Source of the DNA: Candidatus Micrarchaeota archaeon
Lineage (GTDB): Archaea > Micrarchaeota > Micrarchaeia > Anstonellales > Bilamarchaeaceae
Assembly (NCBI GenBank): GCA_043821365.1
Contig: JBDRCX010000002.1
Span: 64,001-128,000 of the forward strand
Direction: 5' to 3'
DNA: 64,000 nt
Shown: piece after piece, positions 29,801-38,134 of the stretch
Numbering within the stretch: the stretch's first letter is position 1
How the letters are laid out: each line of letters begins with the position of its first letter
Made by a program: the position numbers and the translations under genes
The notes under the pieces: model-generated
What the model saw: only the letters and a program-made list of their open reading frames with translations
Told to the model about the DNA's origin: nothing
Database searches by the model: none

Positions 29801-30372
29801 ATAAGAACTGATGCATGTTCCCAATCAAGTTCAGCATCACCAATTCCAATAGCAAGAACCTCCCATTTTATTTTTTCTATTTTACTTTTTTTAGTGGTTA
29901 GAGTCCATTTTATAAGTACGCCGTTTGTTTGGCTCCAGGTGTATGCAATTATTTTGTTGCCTTTTTTTGAAAGTGGTTCTATTTCATCTTTCCATTTTTT
30001 GTCAACTTTTCCGGGGATGTCCTTTATAGATTCAAGTAATTTTCTAACATGAAATCTCTCTGGGTTTGATGTTCCTATATAAACTAGGGCCATTTCGTCT
30101 GTATCATCAGTCGAAAATGCTTCTGATGCATAAAGATCGCCACTATGCTCTATCACAAAACTTTCTTTTGGTGGCATTGTTTCATAGCTGAGAATTTGAT
30201 ATATTTTCAAGTTTTCTATGTGTAATCCAGTTTCGTTCTTTTCAAGTTGTCTCACGTCTGCTTTGACCTTATGTGTTTGTTCAAATGTTTTTTTTATCCC
30301 TGGTGCTTTATCTATTGATGCGAACACCAAACTTGCTATTAAAATGAAGATCAAAATTGTTCGTATTCGCAT
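23797..30372 (-). CDS. Giant (2191 aa) secreted, C-terminally anchored multi-domain surface protein
   Basis: Signal peptide; HEFYH zincin motif; CARDB-like Ig domain; propeller-like repeats; PHP-like HSMHTTYSDG...HNHP...SDDH; Ig repeats; poly-Gly linker; Cys-rich repeats; TM helix and basic tail. Confidence 0.85.
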   Translation of the reverse strand: MRIRTILIFILIASLVFASIDKAPGIKKTFEQTHKVKADVRQLEKNETGLHIENLKIYQILSYETMPPKESFVIEHSGDLYASEAFSTDDTDEMALVYIGTSNPERFHVRKLLESIKDIPGKVDKKWKDEIEPLSKKGNKIIAYTWSQTNGVLIKWTLTTKKSKIEKIKWEVLAIGIGDAELDWEHASVLIGDEYEEEIEDEPEEVTGLYPSQTITVNDSYLDILWTETEINVETVQVDLVGFDPSTTVEISVVLFSYPVSGMGSTIAQTINVTNITTDGAGEYTWTYTPQTDTHSGVGDIRAVQLSDPTNNASYYNTAINNGCTTDCYFIIEKIAQRNSSDDNFICKAYYFSASFGWDRTRADEYANDSSNACANAYNIDVLDWGFESPDPDQTFQVFITNGNNIESAWFDPDQNAPRDLPPNAHSHSGNDGRFCTRVNLESIIVGYGWEFETERDMQNVIIEHEFYHNLQWGANGWAGRNTNVEGMARNSESIAYPNASTWVNGALTASTIDEHNSYLLNTDRALGAFSYSYALVWGFIYQHNGIEAIRGIEYNLTNYAEPYDTGLENIIDQVVALPGGHDSFGEVIADLAIAIYTKNFTWGEADGSNNQSWGQYHDNVTKTNPVWSGDSATVAGTINRWGIDFINVRNASFQNIIILFDGSSDYAIYLIKKNGSEYTIEQIILDGNFDGSIIFGNAADYDEGVLAIAKNSSNGDAIESYSVVLAGSSEEHNLIVTEITTVPSIIQQEGTVSVTATIWNFGTNNESDIEIKLLQNGTEYTNTTIAGLETLTSTVVSLNWSNSTNIGNYNLTIYVVPVTGETETDDNQQSTEITVTDKKILLIDDDGGDLYETYFENALAANNYDYESWNTDTQGIPNSDMVDEFQIVVWFTGQEYSETITSDEAAVLQNYLDENKSLFLSGQEVGYYAGATAFYGDYLKAFYLNDDSGINSVQGIVDDSITNGMALGLAGGDGADDNDFPDEILPLDGSTEIFTYTGDGYAGLRYNDSYQLVYLAFNFETVNSANDRNILMKKIIEWLDVEPPTDLSIIINSGAANTGNATVSLTLHASDATTLQCHYSNNGTEYTNYENYSTTKTWNLTSELGNKTVYYQCKDGNGNEAEPVNTSIILVSSWAGTGTEIQQNLPDGYEPSGIVWHPYFDSLFLVGDGGNISKIDIDGANVVNWNIGGDFEGVSVANQNLDYVYVAVEYPFEIIRFNASQGVVSAQISLTGIIPATGNPNSGIEGIAYVPNGDHPYSNSSAGGLFYFGVQENGVIYVVDVDFGLSTATLIDSFIPVPGRTDISDLFFSTETETLYVLYDTDNFIREITSNNTYITEYPAPGLNQEGITFLPACPNTETTLFIAEDSGRVMRYENYPINCPDVYPPSNIQFVAPTLENTSITNRSWIYINVTFTEPNPDSCWVVWNNGSITNISMTRTDTNCYVNVTDQSNGVINYSVYVNDSRGNTNSSSSRTIIIQDSSPVWCGFHSMHTTYSDGDFEQDEFTSTLKMNYDCAGWNDHDTSLDQTEWTDIISRTNADNIDGNFTYFFGAEWTSTSNHIYYITANPNTTVMSAANPDFNTVAELAEWLSNNQGFGEHNHPARNAGSQTDFSDPTKTNDSWIPLVDMQNKGEWHWNYYWNCSDGSGCTNYTNPHDPSGGHPEGTGWVKYALDNGHHLGFSCSSDDHSSPFSADCFIGLANPPNWTRLGVLETVLKRHTWAAENKTIMQVTADNGSAVYIMGDIFASLSPNITIDYTINASDGLLIANVSLFYNGVIVNHTIVNTANTSGSFIQTLRPGEEDYIFIQATQNNGQMAWSSPMWITFVDLTQPNVSLIQPIEDYNTNDSNVSFRWNVTDDKALSLTCSLYVDEVGSGIFVLTNGSTTGPHSIGLLDDGRHNWSVNCSDGYNIGYSEVRNFTVDTNNPTTILISPSDGSSTTDTTPTFTFRYTDTTSPTANCSLYVDDDLEATDTTVDNDTNTQLTSSVLSLGDHTWYVICTDLAGNSDLSQEWDLIITSGGSGGGGGGGGGGSGGAATTDKNVTIIHQTNVTKPECTIDSECSDSKACLGGECKEVTGICGYAANHRWNYYDCCWDNECGTNQICSNNSCLTIEVQLPETNTTTNITIKKNESCIDCKKEEPIEKNDLDASLTIIGAVAVVGVVGAALGAAVFLLKKPKIESSKTTRKKRKKS

Positions 30373-30408
30373 ACTCTCTACCCTGTTTGTTTAAATCCTT
30401 TTCTGAAA

Positions 30409-30678
30409 CTATCCAACCCTAATATCTGGTTCAACCTTTCTCCAATCCCCATTCATATATTGCCAAAGCTGTTTCAATACAGAATCATAAACCAGATTAT
30501 TTTTTGATGCACTTTCCTTTGGTCTGTCTATCTCAATTAAAATAAATCTGCGCATCCAATCTATTTCTTCCCCGAATGGATTTCTTTCAATAACGTATAT
30601 TCTATTCCTTTCTTTCTTTACTTTCTCACACCATTCTACAACTTTGTCTATCTCATCTTTACTAACCATATTTTTCAT
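30409..30678 (-). CDS. Small hypothetical protein
   Basis: Fills the gap with typical composition; TATA-like TTTAAA upstream. Confidence 0.7.
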   Translation of the reverse strand: MKNMVSKDEIDKVVEWCEKVKKERNRIYVIERNPFGEEIDWMRRFILIEIDRPKESASKNNLVYDSVLKQLWQYMNGDWRKVEPDIRVG

Positions 30679-30720
30679 TCAATGTTAATCTTTAAATAAA
30701 GTGCCAGTAAACTACTAAAT

Positions 30721-31023
30721 ATGATAGAACTATTATCTGCAACAAGCTCTTCATCAGCAGGTGCATTAGCTGGTATGATGGGTCTGATGGCAGGATTTTG
30801 GGGAGTCATGGGACTAATTTATTGTTTGTTCTTAGTTTTTGCATTAATTTTCTTTATCTTTTGGGTTTGGATGCTTATAGACGCTTTATCAAGAAAAGAT
30901 TATGATACTGAGAATGAAAAACTACTTTGGTGTCTTGTTATTTTCTTTGGAGGGACACTTGGCGGAGTAATCTATTTCTTCCTCATTAAGCAGAAGAAAG
31001 ATCCAATTGTGCTAAAAAAATAA
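30721..31023 (+). CDS. Small membrane protein with a PLDc N-terminal-like domain
   Basis: FWVWMLID...K.LW..VIFF.G.LG..IYF pattern. Confidence 0.75.
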   Translation: MIELLSATSSSSAGALAGMMGLMAGFWGVMGLIYCLFLVFALIFFIFWVWMLIDALSRKDYDTENEKLLWCLVIFFGGTLGGVIYFFLIKQKKDPIVLKK

Positions 31024-31028
31024 TTTTT

Positions 31029-32105
31029 TTACCTTTTTACAATTTGTATTATATCTCCATCAGCCACTACATGTACTAATCCAACCCTCTGTGGCTGGTG
31101 CTTAACACTCTTCCCCCATATTAAAGCATACCTAAAATCTCTTCTAAGATCTCTGTGTAGTTTCTCACAAACCTTACCAACACTTATTCCCTTTCTTACA
31201 ACCAGAGGTTCTGTTAGGTCTGCATCTTCTCCTCTTTTTTTAGTGTAAATATTAATCAATTCAAGTTTCTCATAAATTGCTTTTTTCAATTCTTCAATTC
31301 CAATCCCTTTCTCAGCAGAAAGTGGTATATAAGGGTGGGGGAGCTTTGGTAGTTCTTTTACAAGGTCACATTTGCTTAATGCAATTATTGTTGGGATGTA
31401 TGCACGGTTTCCTTCCAAACCATCAATGAACTCGTCTATGCTTATGTCATTTCTTATGACAACATTGGCATTGAATATGCTATATCCACTCATTGCAGCA
31501 AGTATCTCTTTTTCAGTAATTTTTGTGAGTGGCACGGTGGAATTTATTGTTACCCCGCCACGGACTTGTTTTCCTATTGAAACATCTGGTTTTTTTCCAT
31601 TCGGCCGAATGCCAAAACCATAAAGTTCAGTTTCAATTATCTTAAGCTGTCTTGGGTTTGTTGCTTCAATCAAAATCAATATCAAATCTGAGCTTCTTGC
31701 AACTGCAATGACTTCTCTTCCTCTACCTTTGCCATCCTTTGCTCCTTCAATAATTCCTGGTAGGTCTAAAAGCTGAATTTTTGTTTGGTTGTATTCCATC
31801 ACTCCAGGTATGCATTTAAGTGTGGTAAAAGAGTATGCAGCTATTTTTGAATCTGCATTAGTGAGTTTGTTTAGTAAGGTTGATTTACCAACACTCGGAA
31901 GCCCTATTATGGCAACAGTTGCATCACCACTTTTCTTAATATCAAATCCTCCTGCACTTGCCCCATGTTTTCTTGGTGATATTACTTCTCTTCTTAATTG
32001 TGCTATTTTTGACTTAATAATACCTATGTGATACTCAGTAGCCTTGTTCTTTTGAGTTCTTGCAAGTTCGTCTTCCAACTGTTTTAGTTTTTCCTTGATT
32101 CCCAT
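31029..32105 (-). CDS. DRG/OBG-family GTPase with TGS domain
   Basis: GLPSVGKST, YSFTTL, DLPGIIEGA and C-terminal TGS (HVVADGDIIQI). Confidence 0.95.
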   Translation of the reverse strand: MGIKEKLKQLEDELARTQKNKATEYHIGIIKSKIAQLRREVISPRKHGASAGGFDIKKSGDATVAIIGLPSVGKSTLLNKLTNADSKIAAYSFTTLKCIPGVMEYNQTKIQLLDLPGIIEGAKDGKGRGREVIAVARSSDLILILIEATNPRQLKIIETELYGFGIRPNGKKPDVSIGKQVRGGVTINSTVPLTKITEKEILAAMSGYSIFNANVVIRNDISIDEFIDGLEGNRAYIPTIIALSKCDLVKELPKLPHPYIPLSAEKGIGIEELKKAIYEKLELINIYTKKRGEDADLTEPLVVRKGISVGKVCEKLHRDLRRDFRYALIWGKSVKHQPQRVGLVHVVADGDIIQIVKR

Positions 32106-32118
32106 TCTTTTGCTCCTA

Positions 32119-32679
32119 TTAGATTTTTTTGAGGTTCTTTCGCCAATCACGTGCTTTGGTTTTTTTTATTTTTTTCAACAATAGAATCGCACTTTTTGTT
32201 TGAAGTTTTTTTTCTATTTTCTTTAACCATCCAATTGTCTGATATCCTATGTCTGCGTATTCCTTTGCCTGAAATGCACATTCAAGGTAATCAGCATCCT
32301 TTAATATTAATTTCTCAGCTTTTGTTAGGTTAAGGTTTTTCCCCATTGCTTCTCTAAGTTTTTTTGGTAATTTCTCTGTTTGTTCATCCTCAACTCTTTT
32401 TTCAACTTTACTAGTAACTGTTATATATCTAGAAACAAGTTTATTCAAATCCAGTATCCTGGTTTCGTGAACATCATGGAAAATTGATGCTGTGCAAATT
32501 TTATTTGCTTCTTTATCTTGCAATCCTTCCATTTTTGCTAATATGAATGCAATGACTGCGGTTCTAAAGCTATGTTCTGCTACTGTCTCTGGATACTTGA
32601 CACTTTCAGTCCACCAACCGCTTCGTGCTACTTTTTTTAGCATTCCTGTTTCAAAAATGTATTTGACAACTGAATCCAT
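32119..32679 (-). CDS. HD-domain hydrolase (YfbR/HDDC2-like 5'-deoxynucleotidase)
   Basis: LKKVARSGW, ETVAEHSF, FHDVHETR..D and KDADYLE. Confidence 0.85.
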   Translation of the reverse strand: MDSVVKYIFETGMLKKVARSGWWTESVKYPETVAEHSFRTAVIAFILAKMEGLQDKEANKICTASIFHDVHETRILDLNKLVSRYITVTSKVEKRVEDEQTEKLPKKLREAMGKNLNLTKAEKLILKDADYLECAFQAKEYADIGYQTIGWLKKIEKKLQTKSAILLLKKIKKTKARDWRKNLKKI

Positions 32680-32729
32680 ATCAAATACCTACTATCAAAT
32701 CGTTTTTAACCTTTCAATTCCAATCAATT

Positions 32730-33302
32730 ATGATGGTTAAGCATCTTAAAGATGAATTAAGGAAAGAAATCCTCGAAAAACGCTCTTCTCTTTCTAAAGA
32801 TGAGGTTATTACTCTAAGCATTTCAATTGCAAAAAATCTGTTTGAACAAAAAGAATTTACCGATGCAAAAGTTGTTGGATTCTATCTTCCTAAGGGAAAT
32901 GAAGTTGATACAAGAAAAATGATTGAATATGCTTTAGAAAAAAAGAAAGAGATAGTAGTACCAGTTACTGATTCTGAGGTTAAGTTCTACAAATTTATTT
33001 CATTTGATGATCTCATCCCTGGTAAATTCAATGTATTGGAACCAAAAACAAGAATTCTACCATCCAAAGAACCTGATCTGATTATTACTCCAGGTGTTTG
33101 CTTTGGTTTGTGTATGCATAGGGTTGGCTATGGTAAGGGATATTACGACGTGCATCTATCAAAATCAAAAGCATATAGAATCGGCATCTGCTATGATTTT
33201 CAAGTAGTTGAGAAACTCCCAACTCATGCCCATGATCAAAAAATGAATTGCATAATTACTGAGAAAAGAATCATCTGTTCTTCTAAAGAAGGACAAGACT
33301 AA
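32730..33302 (+). CDS. 5-formyltetrahydrofolate cyclo-ligase
   Basis: EVDT, PG..F.....R.GYGKGYYD and HDQKM..IITE. Confidence 0.9.
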   Translation: MMVKHLKDELRKEILEKRSSLSKDEVITLSISIAKNLFEQKEFTDAKVVGFYLPKGNEVDTRKMIEYALEKKKEIVVPVTDSEVKFYKFISFDDLIPGKFNVLEPKTRILPSKEPDLIITPGVCFGLCMHRVGYGKGYYDVHLSKSKAYRIGICYDFQVVEKLPTHAHDQKMNCIITEKRIICSSKEGQD

Positions 33303-33331
33303 TCAATAAAGTTAATAAATGTCGATGGCTA

Positions 33332-33640
33332 TTGGTTAATAGTGATCAGATGGACCTCAAAAGAACGATAAGATGCTCAAATTGCGGTAATGAATCAAGT
33401 GTTCAAATATCAAGCGATTTAGAGATGAAGGAGCTTTTAATCGCAGGGAAATGTGTCAAATGCGGTAGTGCGATGCAGTTAAACTATACTCTTGTTCATG
33501 GTGCCACTGATTCAAATCCACTCTCACATCTTTCAACTCAAGAAGCAGATAATGCTTTACCTGATCTAGATGAAAATCTATTCGGCTCTACAAAATCTGA
33601 ATCTGACAATGATATGCTCAAGGACCTAATGGAAGATTGA
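33332..33640 (+). CDS. Small zinc-ribbon protein with acidic tail
   Basis: CSNC...CVKC pairs. Confidence 0.65.
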   Translation: MVNSDQMDLKRTIRCSNCGNESSVQISSDLEMKELLIAGKCVKCGSAMQLNYTLVHGATDSNPLSHLSTQEADNALPDLDENLFGSTKSESDNDMLKDLMED

Positions 33641-34408
33641 GGGCAGTTCAGCTACGGATTTAAAGATATAATCTGGTTTTTCATTCTTTTTCAATTTTTT
33701 CAAATCATCTTTTTTAGAAACCCCCGTCAGAACAAGTGCTGTTTGTATTCCTGCTTTTTTACCAAATACAATATCAGTCTCTATTCGATCACCAACCATG
33801 AGAACCTCGCTTTTTTTAACGTTGAAACGTTTCAGAATCATTTTCAAAATGAACGTATTTGGCTTTCCGACAATTTTTGGTTTTTTCCCACTTGCGCGTT
33901 CTATTGAAGCCACCATAGCACCTGCTCCTGGTAAATACCCATTTTCAATTGGAAATGTTGCATCAGTATTTGTTGCAATAAATTCTGCGCCTCTTGCAAC
34001 TGCTTGGTATGCGTCGGACATTTTTTTGTAGTTAAAATCAGGATCCCAACCAACAACTACTAGGTCTGCTTTTTTTGCACCCACTACCGGCACTCCATGA
34101 AGTCTAAGCTCTTCTTCCACTCCTTTCTGACCAACATAATATACCTTTCTTTTTGATTTTGGGTATTTTTCTAAAATATAATGAGAAACAGCATAAGAGG
34201 TGGTAAACATTTCACTTTCTTTAGCAGGTACTCCGAGATTAATCATCTTACAAATTCTTCCTTTTCTTGAACTACTGCACGCATTTGTTAGAAATGCTGT
34301 TTTTATGCTCTGGGATCTAAGCCAATTTACTGTTTTGTCTGCACCTTTAATAAGTGTCTCACCACGGTAAATGACGCCGTCTAAGTCGAAAATTACTAAT
34401 TTTATCAT
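33626..34408 (-). CDS. HAD-IIA (NagD-like) phosphatase
   Basis: FDLDGVIY, LTN, GKP and MVGDRIETDI. Confidence 0.92.
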   Translation of the reverse strand: MIKLVIFDLDGVIYRGETLIKGADKTVNWLRSQSIKTAFLTNACSSSRKGRICKMINLGVPAKESEMFTTSYAVSHYILEKYPKSKRKVYYVGQKGVEEELRLHGVPVVGAKKADLVVVGWDPDFNYKKMSDAYQAVARGAEFIATNTDATFPIENGYLPGAGAMVASIERASGKKPKIVGKPNTFILKMILKRFNVKKSEVLMVGDRIETDIVFGKKAGIQTALVLTGVSKKDDLKKLKKNEKPDYIFKSVAELPSIFH

Positions 34409-34440
34409 GTTTTAAAGGTTAGTGATTAGAGAATAAAAAC

Positions 34441-35076
34441 ATGTTGGTGGCTGTTCTCTTTTCAGGAGGCAAAGATTCAACCTATGCTGCAGGTTGGGCA
34501 CTTGAACAAGGATTCGAGGTTATACTTGTTACAGTGAAACCACCAGAATACTCAATGATGTTTCACCATCCAAATGTTCTTGTAACAAAACTCCAAGCAG
34601 AAGCCATGGGATTAGAACAAAAATTTGTAGAAACAACTGAAGAAAATTGGAGAGATCAACTTGTCCAGACATTTAAACAACTAAAAGTTGACGGAATTGT
34701 TTCTGGAGCTGTTGCAAGCGAATACCAAAAATCCCGTCTTGATTCAATTGCTGCTGAACTTGGACTGAAAAAATTTGCACCATTGTGGCATGCTGACGAA
34801 CAAACTTTGCAAAAAATGCTAAATTCAATGGAAATTTTCGTTATTGCGGTTTCTGCTGAAGGTCTTGACGAAAGATTCCTAGGTCAACCACTTCGTAAAC
34901 TAACAGAAGCAAAAGTAAAAAATGTCCATCCATTTTTAGAAGGTGGTGAGGGGGAAACATTCGTTACTGATGCTTCTTTTTTCAAAAAAAGAATAAAAAT
35001 CAAAAAATGGAATAAGAAATGGGATGGAGTCAGGGGAGTTGCTGAAATAGTTGAGGCTGAATTGGAAAATAAATAA
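34441..35076 (+). CDS. dph6: Diphthine-ammonia ligase (PP-loop)
   Basis: LFSGGKDS, SMMFH, GAVASEYQ and GEGGEGET-like motif. Confidence 0.88.
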   Translation: MLVAVLFSGGKDSTYAAGWALEQGFEVILVTVKPPEYSMMFHHPNVLVTKLQAEAMGLEQKFVETTEENWRDQLVQTFKQLKVDGIVSGAVASEYQKSRLDSIAAELGLKKFAPLWHADEQTLQKMLNSMEIFVIAVSAEGLDERFLGQPLRKLTEAKVKNVHPFLEGGEGETFVTDASFFKKRIKIKKWNKKWDGVRGVAEIVEAELENK

Positions 35077-35078
35077 AA

Positions 35079-36065
35079 TTACAACGTCAAATCAATCTCC
35101 TTCTTCCCATTGACTAGCCAGACACCTTTTTTATCAGTTATCTTACCAATTATCCCAGCTTCTACGCCGTGCTTTTTGGCAATATTCATAACAGTGTCTG
35201 CTCTGTCTTCTGGTAGGATGATTGTCATTCCAATGCCCATGTTGAATGTTTTGTACATATCACCGATATTCGGTACTTTCTCGTGAAGTGCTTCAAAAAT
35301 GGGTTTTGGTTTTGGCATATCGGTAAGCTTAAATCCAACATTTTGATTCAACCTTGTTAGTTTTGAAAATCCACCACCAGTTATGTGTGCAATTCCATGC
35401 ACATCACAGGCATCAATAACCTCAGAAATAGTGCTGGCATAGATCTTCGTAGGGGTAAGCATGTCCTTTCCCCATTTCTTTATATCAAGTGCTTTTCTGG
35501 CAAGTGTATAACCATTGGAATGTATGCCTGAACTTTCAAGCCCGACGATTACATCTCCTTTTGTTATTTCATTCCCAAGAATAAGTTTTTTTACTCGCCC
35601 AACAACGGTAAACGTCAAATCAAATGGTCTTTTACCCTCCTTAATAATGTCTGGTACTATTGCAGTTTCACCACCAATGATCGCACATCCACTCTCCTCT
35701 GCTCCTTTCACAAGTCCATCCATTAACTCATTTACTAGTTCGTCATCTTCTTTTGCAAGTGCGATATAATCAACACCAACAAGTGGTTCTGCACCAACAC
35801 AGAGTATGTCGTTTACTGACATGGCAACAGCATCTATACCCACAGTATCATATATTCCAAGTTCTTGTGCAACTATTATCTTTGTTCCAACGCCGTCAGT
35901 ATGTATCACCAACTGTTGGTCACCGCACTTAAAGATCCCACCATAATGTCCAAATACTGGAACTGGTTCTCCATATCCCTTTCTGAATGAAAATGATGTT
36001 TTTATTTTATCCCATATGCTTCTTTGGATTTTCTTAACATGCCCTACGTCTATCTGATATTTCAT
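35079..36065 (-). CDS. purM: Phosphoribosylformylglycinamidine cyclo-ligase (AIR synthase)
   Basis: TDGVGTK, GIDAVAMSVND, GGETA, SSGIHSNGY, AHITGGG and TFNMGIG. Confidence 0.95.
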   Translation of the reverse strand: MKYQIDVGHVKKIQRSIWDKIKTSFSFRKGYGEPVPVFGHYGGIFKCGDQQLVIHTDGVGTKIIVAQELGIYDTVGIDAVAMSVNDILCVGAEPLVGVDYIALAKEDDELVNELMDGLVKGAEESGCAIIGGETAIVPDIIKEGKRPFDLTFTVVGRVKKLILGNEITKGDVIVGLESSGIHSNGYTLARKALDIKKWGKDMLTPTKIYASTISEVIDACDVHGIAHITGGGFSKLTRLNQNVGFKLTDMPKPKPIFEALHEKVPNIGDMYKTFNMGIGMTIILPEDRADTVMNIAKKHGVEAGIIGKITDKKGVWLVNGKKEIDLTL

Positions 36066-36176
36066 AAAATCAATTACGCTCCCGAGATTTAAAATCCATT
36101 TGCTTTTTTATACAATTTGATACTAACCTCATAGACCTAGCGATAGTTTATTAACTTTACTCGTATTATTTCTCTG

Positions 36177-36650
36177 ATGCGTTTTATCGGTGGATTTTTC
36201 CAATTTGCTCGACGTGTGATTGATGCAGCAAAAAAGGGTGGCCTTAGTGCCATAGATGTCAAAAAATTAGATAATCTACTTCTAAGAACCGGCAAAAGAA
36301 ACGCAATAGTTGCAAAAGGCATTTTAACTGCACTCAGCGCAGGGGGGGCAACTGATGCAGATGTTAAGCGTTTTGGCGAGCTTTTGCAATTGGCAGAAAA
36401 TAGAATAAGGGATGATAAAAATCCTTTCACAATTCATGATAAAACAGAGCTTACCTCAATTTTCAAAAGAGCATATATATCTGCAAAAACAGCAAGATGG
36501 TTCTCAGCGCAAATAGATGAATTGCTTGCAGAAGAAATAAACGAATTTATTTCTGGTTCTCAGAGGGTGGATGTCGGGATACCATCTAAAAAAATAGTGA
36601 AGTTTGAAAAAAATGAGGAAAAAGAAACTCAAAAAAAGGTCAAGACTTAG
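36177..36650 (+). CDS. Hypothetical helical protein
   Basis: Open frame; co-oriented with the next gene (3-bp gap). Confidence 0.6.
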   Translation: MRFIGGFFQFARRVIDAAKKGGLSAIDVKKLDNLLLRTGKRNAIVAKGILTALSAGGATDADVKRFGELLQLAENRIRDDKNPFTIHDKTELTSIFKRAYISAKTARWFSAQIDELLAEEINEFISGSQRVDVGIPSKKIVKFEKNEEKETQKKVKT

Positions 36651-36653
36651 TTA

Positions 36654-37169
36654 ATGGGCTGGTTTTCAATGAAGGTGAAATTAAGTCCGGATCTTTCTTA
36701 TATTATAGGCCTTTGGCGTAAATCTCGTTGTAGTGATGGAATTGGAGTTAGGGGAAGTAAAGATCTTCTTGAAATTTTTTCTAAAGAAGTACTTGATAAA
36801 CAATTAATAACTCCTGATAAACTTCTTACCGGAGAAGATAAAGTTTATTTCTATCATACTGCTTACAGAAAATTTTTCCAACAAATAGAAGCCGAACAAC
36901 TCGAGCGTTTCAAGTATCTCAATGAATATGCAGCAAATTATATTGCAGGTATGTTTGATTCTGCTGGTAGTATTGACGATAGGGGAATAGTTTCGTTGTC
37001 ATGTGCAACCAAACAGGATGAGATAATGCTACTACGACTTGGATTTGTGACTAAAAGAAGAGCTGATTATCTTATTATGGAAAGACCCATAGTATTTTTG
37101 ACTTTTATAAAAAACTATGTTAAAATTTTTAAGGACCATAAGGTTTTTGATTACATAAAAAAGAACTAG
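36654..37169 (+). CDS. Free-standing LAGLIDADG-like protein with degenerate catalytic motifs
   Basis: Two LAGLIDADG-like helices, LSYIIGLWRKSR and YIAGMFDSAGSI. Confidence 0.55.
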   Translation: MGWFSMKVKLSPDLSYIIGLWRKSRCSDGIGVRGSKDLLEIFSKEVLDKQLITPDKLLTGEDKVYFYHTAYRKFFQQIEAEQLERFKYLNEYAANYIAGMFDSAGSIDDRGIVSLSCATKQDEIMLLRLGFVTKRRADYLIMERPIVFLTFIKNYVKIFKDHKVFDYIKKN

Positions 37170-38134
37170 ATCTCGGGCATGTAGTTTAATTTCAAATTCT
37201 TTACCAATGAGTAATACCTGTACCTTCTGATGTCATTGGGAAATTTTGATTTGAAATTGTCCATCATTTCAGTAAATTTTTCAAAGCTTTCTATCTCGAC
37301 ATCAAATTCAAAATCACTTGTAACCATGCTTTTTTCAGTGTAAATTATGTTTGGGTGGGATAATACGTTCTCTTTTATCTGTTCTGCATTGTCAAATTTT
37401 CTAAACCAAAGATCAACTTTATAATATTCTTTTCCAAGAGCTCGAAGATTTAATATTGGTCTAAAACCTATTATCACTTTTTTTTCGATTAATTTTTTTA
37501 GGTGATATCTAACAGTGACAACACTTGTTTTCAATTTTTTTGCTATTTCAACCAATGAAGCGCGGGCATTATTTGCCAAAAACACAAGCAGCCTAAGGTC
37601 AATGGGATCTAATTTTTCTGGTTCGCTTTTTATTATTGTTGTGAATGTTAATTTCTCATTTGTATTTGATGGGAGGAGATAGGGTCTAGTAAATTCAAAA
37701 TATTCTGCCATAACTGAAAGGTGGTACTCTGCAAGATACTCACCAAATTTATTTTTAAAATTAAGCCAAAATTCCTCATATTCCCAAGGTGTTTTTGCCC
37801 ATGTTGCAAGTGCAATCTGGAAAGGTCCATTTACTCGATAAAATATTGAAATATTTTTTGAATTAATCAAATAATTCTCTATTTCTCTTTCTATTTCTGG
37901 TGATGTATTCTGCAGGCTTATGTAGGTTCTATATAAGGTAAAACCTAATTTTGAGAAATTCAATACAGTATAAAATCCAGATATTATATCTTTTTGCTGC
38001 AATTGTTTGATTCTATATTTGACAGTTTCTTTGGCTACTCGAATCTTTTTTCCAAGTTCACTATAGCTTATTCTTGCATTTCTATCTAATTCAGATAAGA
38101 TTTTTCTATCAATTAAATCAAGATCAGCCATCAT
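37166..38134 (-). CDS. Tandem (double) Lrp/AsnC-family regulator
   Basis: Two LDxID..L....NAR.S..EL.KK HTH units, each followed by a RAM-like domain. Confidence 0.88.
   Translation of the reverse strand: MMADLDLIDRKILSELDRNARISYSELGKKIRVAKETVKYRIKQLQQKDIISGFYTVLNFSKLGFTLYRTYISLQNTSPEIEREIENYLINSKNISIFYRVNGPFQIALATWAKTPWEYEEFWLNFKNKFGEYLAEYHLSVMAEYFEFTRPYLLPSNTNEKLTFTTIIKSEPEKLDPIDLRLLVFLANNARASLVEIAKKLKTSVVTVRYHLKKLIEKKVIIGFRPILNLRALGKEYYKVDLWFRKFDNAEQIKENVLSHPNIIYTEKSMVTSDFEFDVEIESFEKFTEMMDNFKSKFPNDIRRYRYYSLVKNLKLNYMPEI

Noticed and set aside
36654-37169. Intein or group I intron homing endonuclease
   Set aside because: No splice-junction residues or host gene interruption, and degenerate catalytic positions. 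Kept only as a domesticated LAGLIDADG-like gene.
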